Origin: Octopus vulgaris
Lineage: Eukaryota
Assembly: GCA_951406725.2 (NCBI GenBank)
Contig: OX597836.1
Span: 3,162,001 to 3,226,000 of the forward strand
Direction: 5' to 3'
DNA length: 64,000 nt
Part shown: positions 1 to 15,344 of the stretch, one piece after another
Position numbering within the stretch: position 1 is the stretch's first letter
Layout: each line of letters starts with the position of its first letter
Notes under the pieces: model-generated
Seen by the model: the letters and a program-made list of their open reading frames with translations, nothing else
Database searches by the model: none
Told to the model about the DNA's origin: nothing
Made by a program: the position numbers and the translations under genes

Positions 1-278
1 TATTTAATTGTATGAAACTATACTGTATAATGCTGCTAGTCTCAACTTTTGTATTATATTTTCAGATGGACTATTGCTTATTTTATTTTATTTATGATTC
101 TTTATAGATCTATGTGTTTTATTCAGTCTCTTGTACGTTAAGCGATTTGGTAACTTGTCAAAATGTCCGCCTCATAATATTTTTTGCTACGTCAGTCTTC
201 ATCACGCTGGAAATACACATGCAGTAAGACGCAGTTATACATATACCAATGATAATCATTTCCCACACACACACGCAG

Positions 279-701
<423 letters not shown>

Positions 702-1142
702 TTGAGTAGAAAAATGAAATATCTTTTTATGGATAATTCAACTCCATTCTTTCATTTATTCATAAATTTTATAAAAATATATATATATATATATATACAT
801 ACTCGACAAGCTGTTTCATCTACATAGATTCTAATGATATCGTTTCACTGCACCTCTTATCACTACATAGTATATTCTGTGTACTTAACTTTACGAATCC
901 TTTCAAAAGTTTTCGGTATATTTTAATAAGTTGCACGTGTTCTCGTCTCTCCTTCGCTGTCATCAATATCAATACAATGTGTCTAAATCTCTCATCTGCT
1001 GTTATCTTCTGCCAGGAGCCAACAACTCGGAGAAATTGCAGAATAACCTGTCACAATATATGAATAATGTATATTAGTCTATGATTGTATTACCCCCATC
1101 TGTTACCAGCAACGGAATTATTATTATTATTATATATATAAA

Positions 1143-1199
<57 letters not shown>

Positions 1200-1584
1200 T
1201 ATATATATAGAGAGAGAGGGTGAAAGAGACATATAGATAGGTAGGTAATGCATGCATAAAAAATAAATAAATATATATATATATATATATATATGTTTAT
1301 ATTTATATATATATATATATGTATATATATATGTGTGTGCCTGTGTTTGTGTGTACCTGTATATGTCTGTGTCCGCGTGTGTGTATAATTGCGTGCCTAA
1401 GTGTTAGATATGTATTAGTATTGTTTGTGTAGAGGAAATAAAGCAATTATGGGGAAAGGTGAAATGCGAAATGAGAAGAGAAGGTGAGATATAAGTAGGG
1501 AAAGAGATGTAAAAAATAGACAGAAAAGAAGTCGGAAGAACAATTTAAAATAGTAAAGTGGAATGTAGCAGTAGTTTCAGGTAT

Positions 1585-1640
1585 AATTCTAAGATTAAAA
1601 TTCTAAGATTAAAATTCTAAGATTAAGATTCTAAGATTAC
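1585..1640. repeat. 14-bp tandem repeat, 4 copies
   Basis: AATTCTAAGATTAA x3 followed by GATTCTAAGATTAC. Confidence 0.9.
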
Positions 1641-1819
1641 AATTGAATTTCAAAATGAGAGGAACAGTACTTGTTCTCTATAAATGGTGTTCGAAAAAGA
1701 TATGGAGGACATTTGGTATCAAAAATCTCCTGAACTAGTTATGTTAAATTTAAAAAATAACTTATTTACCTATGTTTTAACACCATCTCCTTCGACATAG
1801 TAATCTTGCACGGCAACAT

Positions 1820-2102
1820 TGTGAGTGGATTTGGTAGGCAGAAACTGAAAGAAGCCTATCGTACCTTTGCCCATATAATACAGTAAATGAATTGATTGCA
1901 TCGCAATCCTTAACATTTATGTATTAACCTTGTTGGTTACTTCACTAGCAGTATATTGGATATATGTTATCCCATGGAGGGTTGCATTTACAACCCCTAT
2001 CTCAATTTGTATATATTGAGATAGCTATACATTAGCGTCGTATTTATTACGTTCGCTATTTTCCAGTAAATATCGGTACTTCGTTGTGCCATATATATAT
2101 AT

Positions 2103-2191
<89 letters not shown>

Positions 2192-2435
2192 ATATATATA
2201 TATATATATATAATATGTGTGTGATTTTTTTGTTTTTGTCACCCCAACATCGCTTGACAACCGATGCTGGTGTTTTTACGTCCCCGTAACTGAACGGTTC
2301 GGCAAAAGAACCGATAGAATAAGCACTAGGCTTACAGAAATAAGTCCTGGGCTCGATTTGATCGACTAAAAGCGGTGCTCCAGCATTGCCGCAGTCATAT
2401 GACTGAAGCAAATAAAAGAAAAAAGAATAAAAGAA
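1820..2435 (+). mobile_element. SINE family A, split copy: middle fragment 1820-1863 and 3' half 2225-2435
   Basis: TTGTGAGTGGATTTGGTAGGCAGAAACTGAAAGAAGCC, then CATCGCTTGACAACCGATGCTGG...GCGGTGCTCCAGCA...GACTGAAGCAAATAAAAG. Both parts match the full copy at 39228-39605. Confidence 0.8.
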
Positions 2436-2436
2436 A

Positions 2437-2470
<34 letters not shown>

Positions 2471-2575
2471 ATGTATATATATATATATGTCCATATATAT
2501 GTATATATATATATATGTATGTATATATGTATATATCTATATATATATATATATGTATGTATATATCTATGTATA

Positions 2576-2629
<54 letters not shown>

Positions 2630-3435
2630 ACCGAGGATATGAAGTCTTGTTTAACGATGGCATACTTAAATATTATTTCTTCCTTTGACACCTTCAGCTT
2701 TCTTCTTACCAAACAGAGAGATACACCAGAATTGCACAGTTTCTATGACACGCTTCTAACTACAACTTAGAGTTTCACTTTCATTGCGTAGGCAACAGTT
2801 TTGTCACATTTTATTTTAGCGTTAAGGAAATTTACCAATATACACAGCACAACATCAATATTAAGAGAACAAGATATTAATTATATAAATTACATAATTA
2901 ATCAGCCTCAGTTTTATTTTATGCGTGTGTGCGTATGTGTGAACGTGCGTGTGTAGCGTGTGTGTGGGTGTGGGTGTAGTCAGTGTGTAGTGTAATGTGT
3001 GCGTGTATAGTTGTTGTATTGTGTGTGTGTAGTGCGTGTGTATGTGCGTGTACAGTTGGTGTGTGTGTTTGTGTAGTGCGTGTGTATGTTCGTGTGTATG
3101 TGCATGTGTATATGCGTGTGTGTAGTGCGTAGTGCTTGTTTCTATTTGTGTGTATGTATGTGCGTGTGTGTTGTTGTTGTTGTTGTTCTTGTGTGTGTGC
3201 GTTGAGAAGCGTTAATGCATCAATATCGAACTGTGAAAATAAGTGCTCAACAGTTATTGGTGGTTAAAGAATAAAGAATGTTTATCCACTCCACTGCACT
3301 CATTCTCACTGCACGCTATTGGAATACATACATATATACATAAGTACAAACATATATACACACATACATATATATATACATATTCACCATGCTAGATCGC
3401 TAGCCACTACACATTCTTTGTTTCTTTCTGTGTTC

Positions 3436-3471
3436 CTTTCTGTGGAAGAGCGTAGGCTCGAAACGTTAAAG
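3436..3471 (+). ncRNA. Variant minimal type-I hammerhead ribozyme motif (PLE pLTR-like)
   Basis: CTTT-CTGTGGA-A-GAGC(GTAG)GCTC-GAAA-CGT-T-AAAG. Stem I is CTTT/AAAG, stem II is a perfect 4 bp, stem III is the palindrome ACGT. Core A6 is replaced by U. Confidence 0.55.
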
Positions 3472-3566
3472 ATTAAAGTTCATTCTTTGAATGAAAAAAG
3501 AAAACTACTTTTGCTTCACACTACAAAACCGAAATTACTTTCTTGCCAACCCATACACACACACAC

Positions 3567-3615
<49 letters not shown>

Positions 3616-3864
3616 CACACATATATATATACGCACACTCACACACTCACACGTACTTATGTCAATATATATATGAAGAGGTACAGGAACTGGGGAGAGA
3701 GAAATAGAGAGAGAGAAACAGAAAAGCAAACAGAGAGAGAGAGCGAGAGAGAAAGAGAGAGCGACGCATGCGTGTTTTAGTCCATTTTGCATATTATATT
3801 TTTCCTGTAGTAAGTGTGTCTATAGATATATATATATATACATACACGTATACATGTGCATGTC

Positions 3865-4330
<466 letters not shown>

Positions 4331-4652
4331 ATTCACATATATATTTACAAACATAAATACATATATTCATTCACTCGTACATGCCCACACATTGAACATA
4401 CACACATGCACACATACAAAAGCACACATGATGTTTGGCTGTCAATTCCATACACAAACTTGCACTAATCTGCAAGGGCCTCGACGGAAATTAATTCCAT
4501 TAGGTTCCCGTTTGTTTCCTTACAACAATAAAATATAAATAAACAGAATAGGCCCAGTGGCTATGCAGTTCATGAGAAAAACAACTCTGTATACGATACA
4601 CACATACAACCACTAACGCCTGTATGCATGTATATATATATGTTTGTGTCCG

Positions 4653-4683
<31 letters not shown>

Positions 4684-5020
4684 GCATACACATACAAATA
4701 TGAAGTCATGATTGTTAACATGTGTATGTAAGTGCGTGTGTATGTGAATGAGTCTGTGTGTAGATGAAAATATGTGTGTGTGTGTTTGCATGTTTCTGTT
4801 TGGTTATGAGAGTGGATATTTACGTGTAATTTTACGATGCAGTGTATATGAGAATGAGTATGTGTGAACAACGAGGTGTATATATACAGGTTGAAAACGA
4901 AGGAAGTATCTGATGCGATATGCAAAGCAGCGAGTGGCTTATGTTTCTCTCTCCCGACCACGTCTCCTTCTCTATCTCGATGCACTCACCTACAAACATA
5001 TATACACCGTGTTTATTATT

Positions 5021-5090
<70 letters not shown>

Positions 5091-5215
5091 CATATATATA
5101 CGTTTATTGGCTAAACTGCAATATGACCATTCCGAAATATAACAATATGCATATATATATATATATATGTATGCATATGTTTATGTATATATTTATATGT
5201 ATGTATACGTATATA

Positions 5216-5278
<63 letters not shown>

Positions 5279-5327
5279 AAACATACATACTTACATATAT
5301 CATATGTCTATCAGTATACGTAGGTAT

Positions 5328-5383
<56 letters not shown>

Positions 5384-5959
5384 ATACATATATATCTAAA
5401 TGTATATATATTTTTATCTGTATATATATCATATATATAGAGAGAGATAGAGATAGAGTGAGGGAGAGATTAATGTATTTATATATATATATATGTGTGC
5501 GTGTATGTATGTATGTATGTATGTATGTATGTATGTATGTATGTATGTATGTATGTATGTATATGTATTTACTTATGTACGCATTTGTATGTGTGGTTTG
5601 TTTATATCAGTAAATACATGACCTCAAGTGCCGTAGATGAAAATGTTTGCGCAAATGGAAGCTTATCATGAACCGACATGATAAAATAACAAGAGAACTA
5701 AAAATAACCATACTGTAACAGATATTCACAGAAATCAATACACACAGACGAACCCACACACACACAGAAATATATGTATAAATTTAAATATATATATGTA
5801 CATAACTTCCTATATACATATAAGTGATTGAGCGTGTGTGTGTGTGTATTTAAATACGTTTGAATGTCTGCATGACAAATTGTTAACTGTTTTCTGTTCT
5901 TTCCTTTGCTTTGCAATTCATGAATGACTTGGAGAGATCTTGTTTTTGTATCATTATAT

Positions 5960-6990
5960 ATAGAGAAAGCGTGACAGGTTCCTTACTTCATCGTTCCCAG
6001 GGTTAAGGAATGCAATGTTGCGTCTGTATGGATTTGAACTCGTAGCGTCTTGATTAAGTATTACAAAACATTTATCACTCAATATGGCTGTCCTTTTGGG
6101 CAATAACTGCCTCCATATATGAATGAATAGTGTTTGTAACTGCTGCAACATCCGCCTTTTTGATTTTGCATCTCGTACGCACGATGAAAAGATCTTCAAA
6201 CTGCTGACACTCGAGTGTGGTGAAGCATTGGTCCTTGCTTGAAGGACGCCCCATAAAAAATAATCGAGAAGGTTGAGATCTGGACTATTACTCGGATAGA
6301 TTGTGGGCCTCCCAAAAAATGGCACCTTGACTGGAAGGCTAGTGTCGCTTTTAACTTCTAGCATGTTGCAGATTCCTGGATTAGCACTTGTTTGTCAAGC
6401 CCAAACTTCTGCTCCATTCCAAGTTAACTGAGTGTTCTTCAGGATGTCCAGATAAATACTCCTTTGTGCCGATCTTCAAACCAGACTCAATGAAGCTGCA
6501 AGACACTTCCACTACTGGCCAAGGTTCCAAATATAATCACAGAAGCAGGAATCTTAGTCTCAAACATTGGGAAATCGTCAGAAGGGTTGTATGCAATCAT
6601 ACAAGATTTTCTGCGATTCACCTCAGCGTTTGTAGTGACCTTGTGCTTTCCAAAAACACGAGAGATTTTCCTGCACCATGATGGTTGATGAATGACAAAC
6701 GCTTTGGACATCTCTCGGTTCTCATTGCTGTGGCCTTACCTATTGTATTGCAACCCTCCTTAGCCCCCGCTCAGCTACCACCAGAAACAACTCTCCTATC
6801 ATAGATACAAGATGTTACTCAATGTTCCCCTCATGATGTTGTAATATCCCAAAACTGCGTATTTTCGTTGTGAACTTGTTAAAAACATGATTGTGTTGTG
6901 AATATCTTTATATATCGGCTGGTGAAAATTTGTGTCGATCGTACAAAACGCCAGGTTTAATTTCGTAAGTTTAACTCAATTTTCCCTAAG
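5960..6990 (-). mobile_element. Decayed Tc1/mariner-superfamily transposon, maT/DD37D-like transposase pseudogene
   Basis: Minus-strand pieces YPSNSPDLNLLDYFLWGVLQARTN (ORF 5954-6364) and FETKIPASVIIFGTLASSG (ORF 6487-6711) resemble the WPPxSPDLNPLDY and TKFPASVMVWG motifs. The pieces are frameshifted and the ends are approximate. Confidence 0.8.
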
Positions 6991-8100
6991 ACACCATTCT
7001 CAACATTGTATTTTGGATCCGTACTCGAGTACCAAAAAAGCTTTGTATTAGACAGGAATAACCATAATTGTCTGAAAGCAGATTCCGGAGCAGGTCTGAG
7101 TTTCAATTATTCAACAACACAGCAAAGAACTAGGCGTTCCAGGGAGGCGATAAACAATTGAATATATAGCATCACGTATCTGTGTATATGTATATATATG
7201 CGTATATTATACACGTGTGTGTGTATGAGTGTACGTATGAGTGTGTATGTGTGTACGTGCATTCGAGTATATGTTTCTACATGTGTCAGTATTTGTTATG
7301 TGAAGAAATTGATATCATCATTGATAATGATAAATTATTCAGAACATAATTTCGATGCCTAATTCTATTAGAATAATTGCGATAGGCGAAATACTAAAAA
7401 TACCATTATCTATTTATGGAATTATAAGGATTATGATTGTAATCGTCTTAAAACTATATAAAAGTATATCGCAGCACCAAATACGGAACGATTCTATCAT
7501 CATCGAACGTGTTTATTCTTATCTATGGAGGAGCAACTTTAATAGGTTTATAAAATTTGCACAAAGTTGTACAAAAATGGATTCTCTGAATTCATATGAA
7601 ATATTTATATGCGCGCCTATTTATAAATCGTTTTCAAAATAGTAGGCCATAACGCATAAACATATATGTACATGTGTGTGTGTGTGTGTGTGTATCTGTT
7701 TTTGCGTGTGAGTGTGTGTGCGTTTGTGTGTGCGTGTGAGTAAAATAGGGCACTGGAGAAGACGATGAAAATTAAGGGAAATGAGATGAACGCACAAAGG
7801 AAGGGCGCAGAGAGGCTCCGCCCGTTCTAGTTGCCGGCCAAATATTATTCCATTGCAGACACGCATGCGATTGTATGTCTGTAATTCACTGAAACTAAAC
7901 TTCGTTATTAGACGTAAAACCAGTTATACATGGCCAAAATGCTTGCCACAAGGGCACCGAGTCTTGTCGTTTAAGAAGCTGTTTACATATGTAATTGAGA
8001 CCTTACTGTTCATACTCGTGCCTTCGGTTATGAAGACCTACAGTCACATCATCATATATATGAATTTGTATATATATATATATATGTGTATGTGTGTATG

Positions 8101-8144
<44 letters not shown>

Positions 8145-8591
8145 TATATGTATACATATATATATGTATATATATATATATATATGTATACATATATATA
8201 TATGTGTGTGTATATATATATATTTCATCGGGATCCTATGCTTGTGTTATATGCAGCAAAATGACACTGAAATAAATTCTAATCATAGTAAAAGCAGAAT
8301 GAAATATGGGAAGAGCGGGAAATAATTATGCACCACACATGTATGCGCACCTCCCCCACCCCGCACCCACATATATATATGCCAACATACATACAATAAC
8401 TATATATTGTGTGTAGCTGTGTGCATCTAGACATATATATATATATATACCGAATTATATCTGTGTATATAGGCATATGTACACACACACAAACACACAC
8501 ACAGACACACACACACACACACATATATATATATGAATGCGTGTAATGCGCACCGCAACAAGCATTAAGAATTGCTTCTGTGTCTATAACA

Positions 8592-8643
<52 letters not shown>

Positions 8644-9689
8644 GCATATATATGTACCAAGTAACGGCTCGTTTATCTAATGTACACATTCTTTTTTTTT
8701 CTGGTGTCTTTTTTTTTTTCAACAGCTCACTATTTTAATTGTCTTTATATCAAAAGTTATTCATTGAATAAATATTCATTTATAATTGGATTTTATTGTA
8801 ATCGATATTAAACATCATCGTCCACATGATCACCATTATTTTCTGTCTTCAATATCATCGTCGTAATCACACTAGGCACCAAGAACACGATCGTCGCCCT
8901 CATCATCATCATTATAGTCGTCGTCATCATCGTCGTAGTCAACATCATCAGTATCATCGTCAGTGTCATCATCAGCACCAAGACGAGTCTGTCTAATTAC
9001 TAACGCAATTTATAAATGCGTTGTTAAGGATGAGGATAATTTAGATAATTTTTGTATAGGTAGTACGGTAAATAGTAAGGTTAGGTTTAGGGCCGACATG
9101 AGCTGGTTTTCAAAATGAAAAATACGGTAGCTCTACCACACTCGCATCTTAAAGTGGAATAATTAGAGTTATTCTCTGGAATGATCCGTTATTTCGAGAG
9201 ACCCTTAGTTCAGTGTACATATGAATAAGGGTAAGCTGTGTGTAAACGAATCCCTTGCCATCCATTAAGCCTTTTGGGCCAAAAACTTTGAATAGGTTTA
9301 CTGAGGTGATTCCATTTTGCAACAATAGGTTTTCGTCCACCTTTTTCAAAGTGTATAGAAATAAAAATAGATGAAATAAAATTGTTTAGTGTTACCGAGA
9401 TTTGAAACCGGCGACGTTGAATTTCTGTTAACTGCTTAACTGTTTAGCAATAGACTTTTTTTAATTAGAAATTTCGACTGGTCCATTGACGGGTTTTTCT
9501 TTTAAATTATTTAAGCTTTTTTCATTAGGGTATCAGCTTTTCTTCAAAATAATTTTGATCTGTGCGGGTCTCATGTTTCTGTATTTTCTTGATGGGGGGC
9601 GGGACGTGGTCTTCGCATTGTGTTACACTTTAGTGTAAATAAACCTACGGTGGTCAGCTCCCGAAATGGCCATAGATACGTGTATATGT

Positions 9690-9860
9690 GAATGTTTAAT
9701 TTGACCTGTGAAGCCCGCTCGTTATGAACTTTTGGACGTACTTGTGTGGAGGGATTAAAATACCTTTTTCAAGATGTATGTGAATTTGACCCGTGAAAGT
9801 CTGTTTACCTATGAACTTTGGACGTACTCGTATGAGGTAAGTGAAAGACTTTTTCAAATA
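9690..9860. repeat. Diverged ~90-bp tandem duplication within an unclassified repeat-like segment
   Basis: AATTTGACC(T/C)GTGAA...TATGAACTTT(T)GGACGTACT...CTTTTTCAA occurs twice. Confidence 0.75.
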
Positions 9861-12019
9861 TCTTTTCAAATACTGAAAAAAAAAGAGATTTTTAATTTTA
9901 AAAAAATATTTTAATCATTTGATAAAACTTTTTTAATCGGTGGATATTTATTTTAGTTATACTTTTACTTATTTTATATATTGTCTATTAGTTTTTTTGG
10001 TAGTTTTTGAATTTTTAGCCGTTTATATTTAGCATTTTCGATCGGCCGTTCAATTTGTATTTTATTCGATTATATATTTTTACCTTCTGTGATTTTATGT
10101 ATTATTTTTATGTGTTTGTGAACCATAGTGATTTTTTATATGTGATTAAATGTCTGAGGGGTGGGGCGTTGTATGTTAGGTCGTTGCCCCAGATTTGATG
10201 TTTGTTCTATAACCAATGCCTCATATATATATACATGTGTCGCTTAAAGAATATATAGTATTTGCAAATGGAGAGAGCTTCGTCACTAGTTTGTGGTTGT
10301 CTCGCATCGAGGACGGATAACATCCAGAAATCTAGGTCTTTGATTATGACATAAGGCTAGAGAAGGGAGCGATGACCTCCCTTGCAAATGCTATACGGAC
10401 ACAAACTGAGTGTCGATAGCCAGATGGAAAAGATGTTTTCCTGGGGCTAAAATAACAGTAACATCGTCCTTTATAGGACTCCCACATTCTGTTGGCATAT
10501 AAACATTACACGCGGTACTATCTGTTGACATGTAAACTTTACTGTTATTGCATAAGTATATATATATATACTTGTAAGTATATGTATATATTTATATATA
10601 CATACATATATAAGCATATATGAGGCTCTAATTATCCTTAAGCACTTCAAATACATTCTCACTTACCCTTACTCAACACTTGAACACTGTCTCCATCAGA
10701 AATCGTCTTCACTCTTAGATATTTCCACATTTCTGGTGAGTTTTGGTAAATGATCTGCTATGTCGCTCTAGATCCTACTCACACAAATATTTTAGACTTG
10801 AACGAAGGTCACTGTTTTGTCCATTTACCAGTATACACACTGAGAGGTTGGGTGTGTAGATATAATAATGTCAGTTCCTGGCCGATCACGCTCCCTAGAC
10901 AACTCATTTTGTTTAGTGCCGCTCAACTGTCATATTAGTCAGAACTGGCGTATGAGACATCATTAGTTTCTTGGGTCTTATCAGGAATGTCTGTCTTTGA
11001 AAAGATACAAATAAACATATCTCTCTTTGGCTACAGATGTTTTGCTTAATGGTTAGCGTGGGAGAGAACGATGAGATTTGTATTTGAGCAAAAACTTAAT
11101 CTCTTGTTCATCCGGTCCACTCAGCTAGCAAAAATCGTAATCCTAGCATCCCGTCTGAGGGAAGATTGTCTACACTGCAGTCTGCGTTGGTTTGGGAAGG
11201 ATCTTTTTCCTTATATATAATGTTTGTGTGTGTGTAAGAGATATACATATATATATAGAGAGAGGGGGAGTGTTACAAACGTAATTCCAGATGTTTATCA
11301 TTTAAATATATATGAGCATGTCTAGATATGCCCACACATTTATGCATACGTACATGCATACATACATACATACATACATGCATACAAAGGAAGTCAACCA
11401 ACTCAGACATTAAACATGCAATCTGTAAGTGGAAAAATAAAAATGTGCAAGTTTTTTATGAAGTCTAAAATGTGATTTGTTTTGTTAACTCCTTTCGTAA
11501 AATGGAGCTTTGTTTCTGTCAGAATCCTAATTTTTTCTCTCGGATGAAGCATTCAAATAATTAAAAGCAGAAATGCACATCCATCCATGGACACACACAC
11601 ACGATACATACATACATAGAGATGTAGGCATGTGTGATGAATGACTTATGAGAATCTGTTTGTCCTATCGCCTTTACAGCTTACATATTTAATACGGTTT
11701 ATGATTCAAGAAGCGTCAGCACCGGCTGAAAAATATTCATCGTAATTTAAGCATTCTGTTCTTCTTCGCCGTTTCTATAGAGAGGCGTTTATTAATCCAT
11801 ATTGAAATAGACATTTATGTGTGTGTATGTGCCTTTGTATTCTGGTGCATGTGTGTGTGGGTGTGTTTTGTGCATGTGTATGTGACTATGGCTGTATATG
11901 CGTGTGTGTATACGTAAACGCGCACACACCTATATAACTATATAAGCAGCAAAAATATCACAAAAACTGTATACATATTCATATGTGTGTGTGTGTGTGT
12001 GTGTGCATGTATATGTACA

Positions 12020-12050
<31 letters not shown>

Positions 12051-13319
12051 GTATTGTTGCGTGTCTGGGTGTATACACAATAAACACACGTATCCGTGCT
12101 CATATAAATATGCATTTAAACAGAAATACATGTAGTCATATATATATATATATATACACACACATATATATATACATATATATATATATATAATCCAATT
12201 GAAATAAACCGTTAAACAGACATATACCTATACAGAAACTTACTGTCATAAGCACACACACACACATACACACACACACACACACACACCTATTTTCATA
12301 TTCTATTATATATGCATGTGCGGTGTGTCTCATGACTGAGTACAATGAAAATTTCAAACAACAACAACACACTGTTTTCCTTCCTTAGTGTATATTTGAC
12401 AAGCTATTCAAGTCATCCATCATTTCAGTCATCCATTTATCTATTTATCTATTTAACAATGTAATAATAATGATATATTTTCTTCTTCTCACACCAATCT
12501 TTGTGTAACATATACAAACACAACAACATAACGAACATCAATAATATAATTGAAATCAATGATAACAGTTAAACAGAATAGGAATTCTTTGTATCAAACA
12601 AGATGGAGAGTGTTGTTTTTCTTCTCTTTCTTTAGTATTCTAAGAAAACATATTTTAACGGGGTTTATAACAGAATATAGCTGTCTGATTGGACTTTCTT
12701 GTCATTTCGTTTCTTTTATTTTTTTCTTCTGCTATTATTCCTTGTTTTCCTCGTATATTGCAAGTGACTTTATCAAGTGTGTGTTTATGTGTGTGTATGT
12801 ACACACGCAAACAAGCCTAACAAATAGATATGTGTGTACATACACCCGCGCACATACGCGGATTGAACAAAAGCTAGCGGGACCGGCACTCTAAGAAGAA
12901 AACTACCAAACATATCAATTATGGAATTTAATCTCCTTCGAAATCTTCCGCGCCTGAAGCCAAGCATTTTATCCAGTGTCGAGAGGAACATTCCTCGAAC
13001 ACTTTTGCGGGAATAGCGAGCATTCTCTTACAACACATGCCACAAAAGACTTGCCATATACCACATGGAAATTATTCAAATACTTTCCAGGATGGTTGCA
13101 ACATTACGCAAGAGCGGTTTTATTGAATAATGACGAAACGATTGTAAACGATGTTTTGAAATTGAAAATCATATATATATGTATGTGTGTGCGTGTGTCT
13201 ATGCGTGTATCTATGACTATATATATTTATCTGACAGTGTATGCGCGTTATACATATGAGTATATACGCATACATATATTCCAATGTATTAGTGTTTATT
13301 AGAAATGTATGTGTACACG

Positions 13320-13739
13320 TATATATGTATATATATATAGGTGTGTGTGTAGTGTGTGTGTGTGTGTAGTGTGTATATGTGTGTGTGTATATATGTGTGT
13401 GTGTATATATTTGTGTGTGTGTGTATATATTTGTGTGTGTATATATTTGTGTGTGTATATATGTGTGTGTGTATATATGTGTGTGTGTATATATATATGT
13501 GTGCGCGTATATATATATGTGTGTGTGTATATATATGTGTGTGTGTATATATATGTGTGTGTATATATATGTGTGTGTGTGTGTATATATGTGTGTGTAT
13601 ATATATATTTGTGTATGTATATGTGTGTGTATGTATATATATATATATATCTATATATATATATTTATGAATATATAAGTATGTATATATATATATATGT
13701 ATATATATATGTGTGTATTTATATATATATTTATGAATA

Positions 13740-13786
<47 letters not shown>

Positions 13787-13915
13787 ATTTATATATATAT
13801 TTATGAATATATAAGTATATGTATATATATATATATATGTATGTATTTATATATATAAGTATATGTATATATATATAAGTATGTATTTATATATATATTT
13901 ATTAATATATAAGTA

Positions 13916-13965
<50 letters not shown>
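13320..13965. repeat. Compound (GT)n(AT)n minisatellite-like array
   Basis: Recurrent GTGTGTGTATATAT units, followed by repeated TTTATGAATATAT units. Confidence 0.92.
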
Positions 13966-13966
<1 letters not shown>

Positions 13967-14894
13967 GTATATGTGTCTGCATGTGTGTGATAGAGCGAGT
14001 AGATAAATACGTGGCAATATACGTATATACCGATGTAAGTATATTTCTGTGTATGCTTGTATACATCAGCGTATATGATATCTGTTATGTTCAATTGTTT
14101 TTATCATAAATGTTTCACTGCTGGGTTCGCTGTGTGGTTTTGTTTTGTTTTGTTGATTTCAATTTTCAACTCTTAATTGATTTGAGTTGGTTGCAGATCA
14201 AAGCAACGACATAATGAACAAAGATAGATGAACTTCACACTAGAATGGGGCGAGGTGGTGGAGGGGTGGATAGTGAAACAGGAATGGCGGAGGGGAAATA
14301 TAGGGGAAGAAGAACGCAAACCAGTGTCGCAGTAAGGACAGAATGAAAGTGATATATATATATGTGTGTGTGTGTGTGTATGTATGTGTGTGTGTGTATG
14401 TATGTGTGTGTGTGTGTATGTATGTATGTGTGTATATATATGTGTACATATATATATATATAGATATATATATATGCATATATGTATGTATGTGTATATA
14501 TATATATATATGTACATATATGTGCCTATATATATGCATATATATAGATATGTGCATATATATATGAGCATATATATATATATATATATATACATACATA
14601 CATATACACGAGGTTTGGAAAGTGCGTGTGTATATGTGTGTGTGAGCATGTGTGTACGTGTGTAGTTAATTATTGTTCAAAGACTACTCTCATATATATA
14701 TATAGATATGACAAGCTACCAATGAGAAAGTTGATTAGAAATAAGGCGCACTGGCACACACACTTAAAACAAACATGTATTCACAAGCGTATATGTATAT
14801 ATGAGAGAAAGTGTGTGTGTGTGTGTGTGTGTGAGGGAGAGAGGACATACCTACAGGAATAAACTTACGGAAGAAATGCGTCCCTGAAATTTTT

Positions 14895-14982
14895 CTAGAC
14901 TCAAAATATGAACGTAACGGCATACGAAATACGGCTACGCATTTCGCCCAGCGTGATAACGATTCTGCCAGCTCGCCGTCTT
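14895..14982 (-). mobile_element. SINE family B, 5' head fragment
   Basis: GCATTTCGCCCAGCGTGATAACGATTCTGCCAGCTCGCCGTCTT matches the heads at 43600-43639 and 60500-60547. Confidence 0.8.
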
Positions 14983-15039
14983 GTTAACAATCGTTTTGCC
15001 TCACCTAGTAATAGTAGTCGTAGCAGTAGTAGTGTGAGG

Positions 15040-15315
15040 ATGCATGCCTTGGTGGTCAAACTAGTTGCACACGCGATCGCAAGATCGCGGTTTCGATTCT
15101 TGAACGGGGTGATGCGTTGTGTTCTGGAGCAATACCACTTTACCTGACGTTACTCTGCGACCACTTCGACACCTGACGCGTGGCACAGAGTTTACCTGTT
15201 GAGACAGCGTCGTATTGTTGAAGGGGGTGAGTTACTGAGCAGCATGAATATTTGTGTAGGTCGTTCGGCACAGAGCTGAGCATTCATACGCCATCTTGGA
15301 CACGAGAGTCCATCA
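15040..15315 (+). mobile_element. SINE family C, degenerate (tRNA-like head plus V-domain-like segment)
   Basis: A-box-like TGCCTTGGTGG and B-box-like GTTTCGATTC, followed by GTTGTGTTCTGGAGCAATACCACTT. Related to the inverted head at 30555-30672. Confidence 0.55.
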
Positions 15316-15344
15316 CTAGTAGTAGCAGCAGTAGTGGTATGGGG

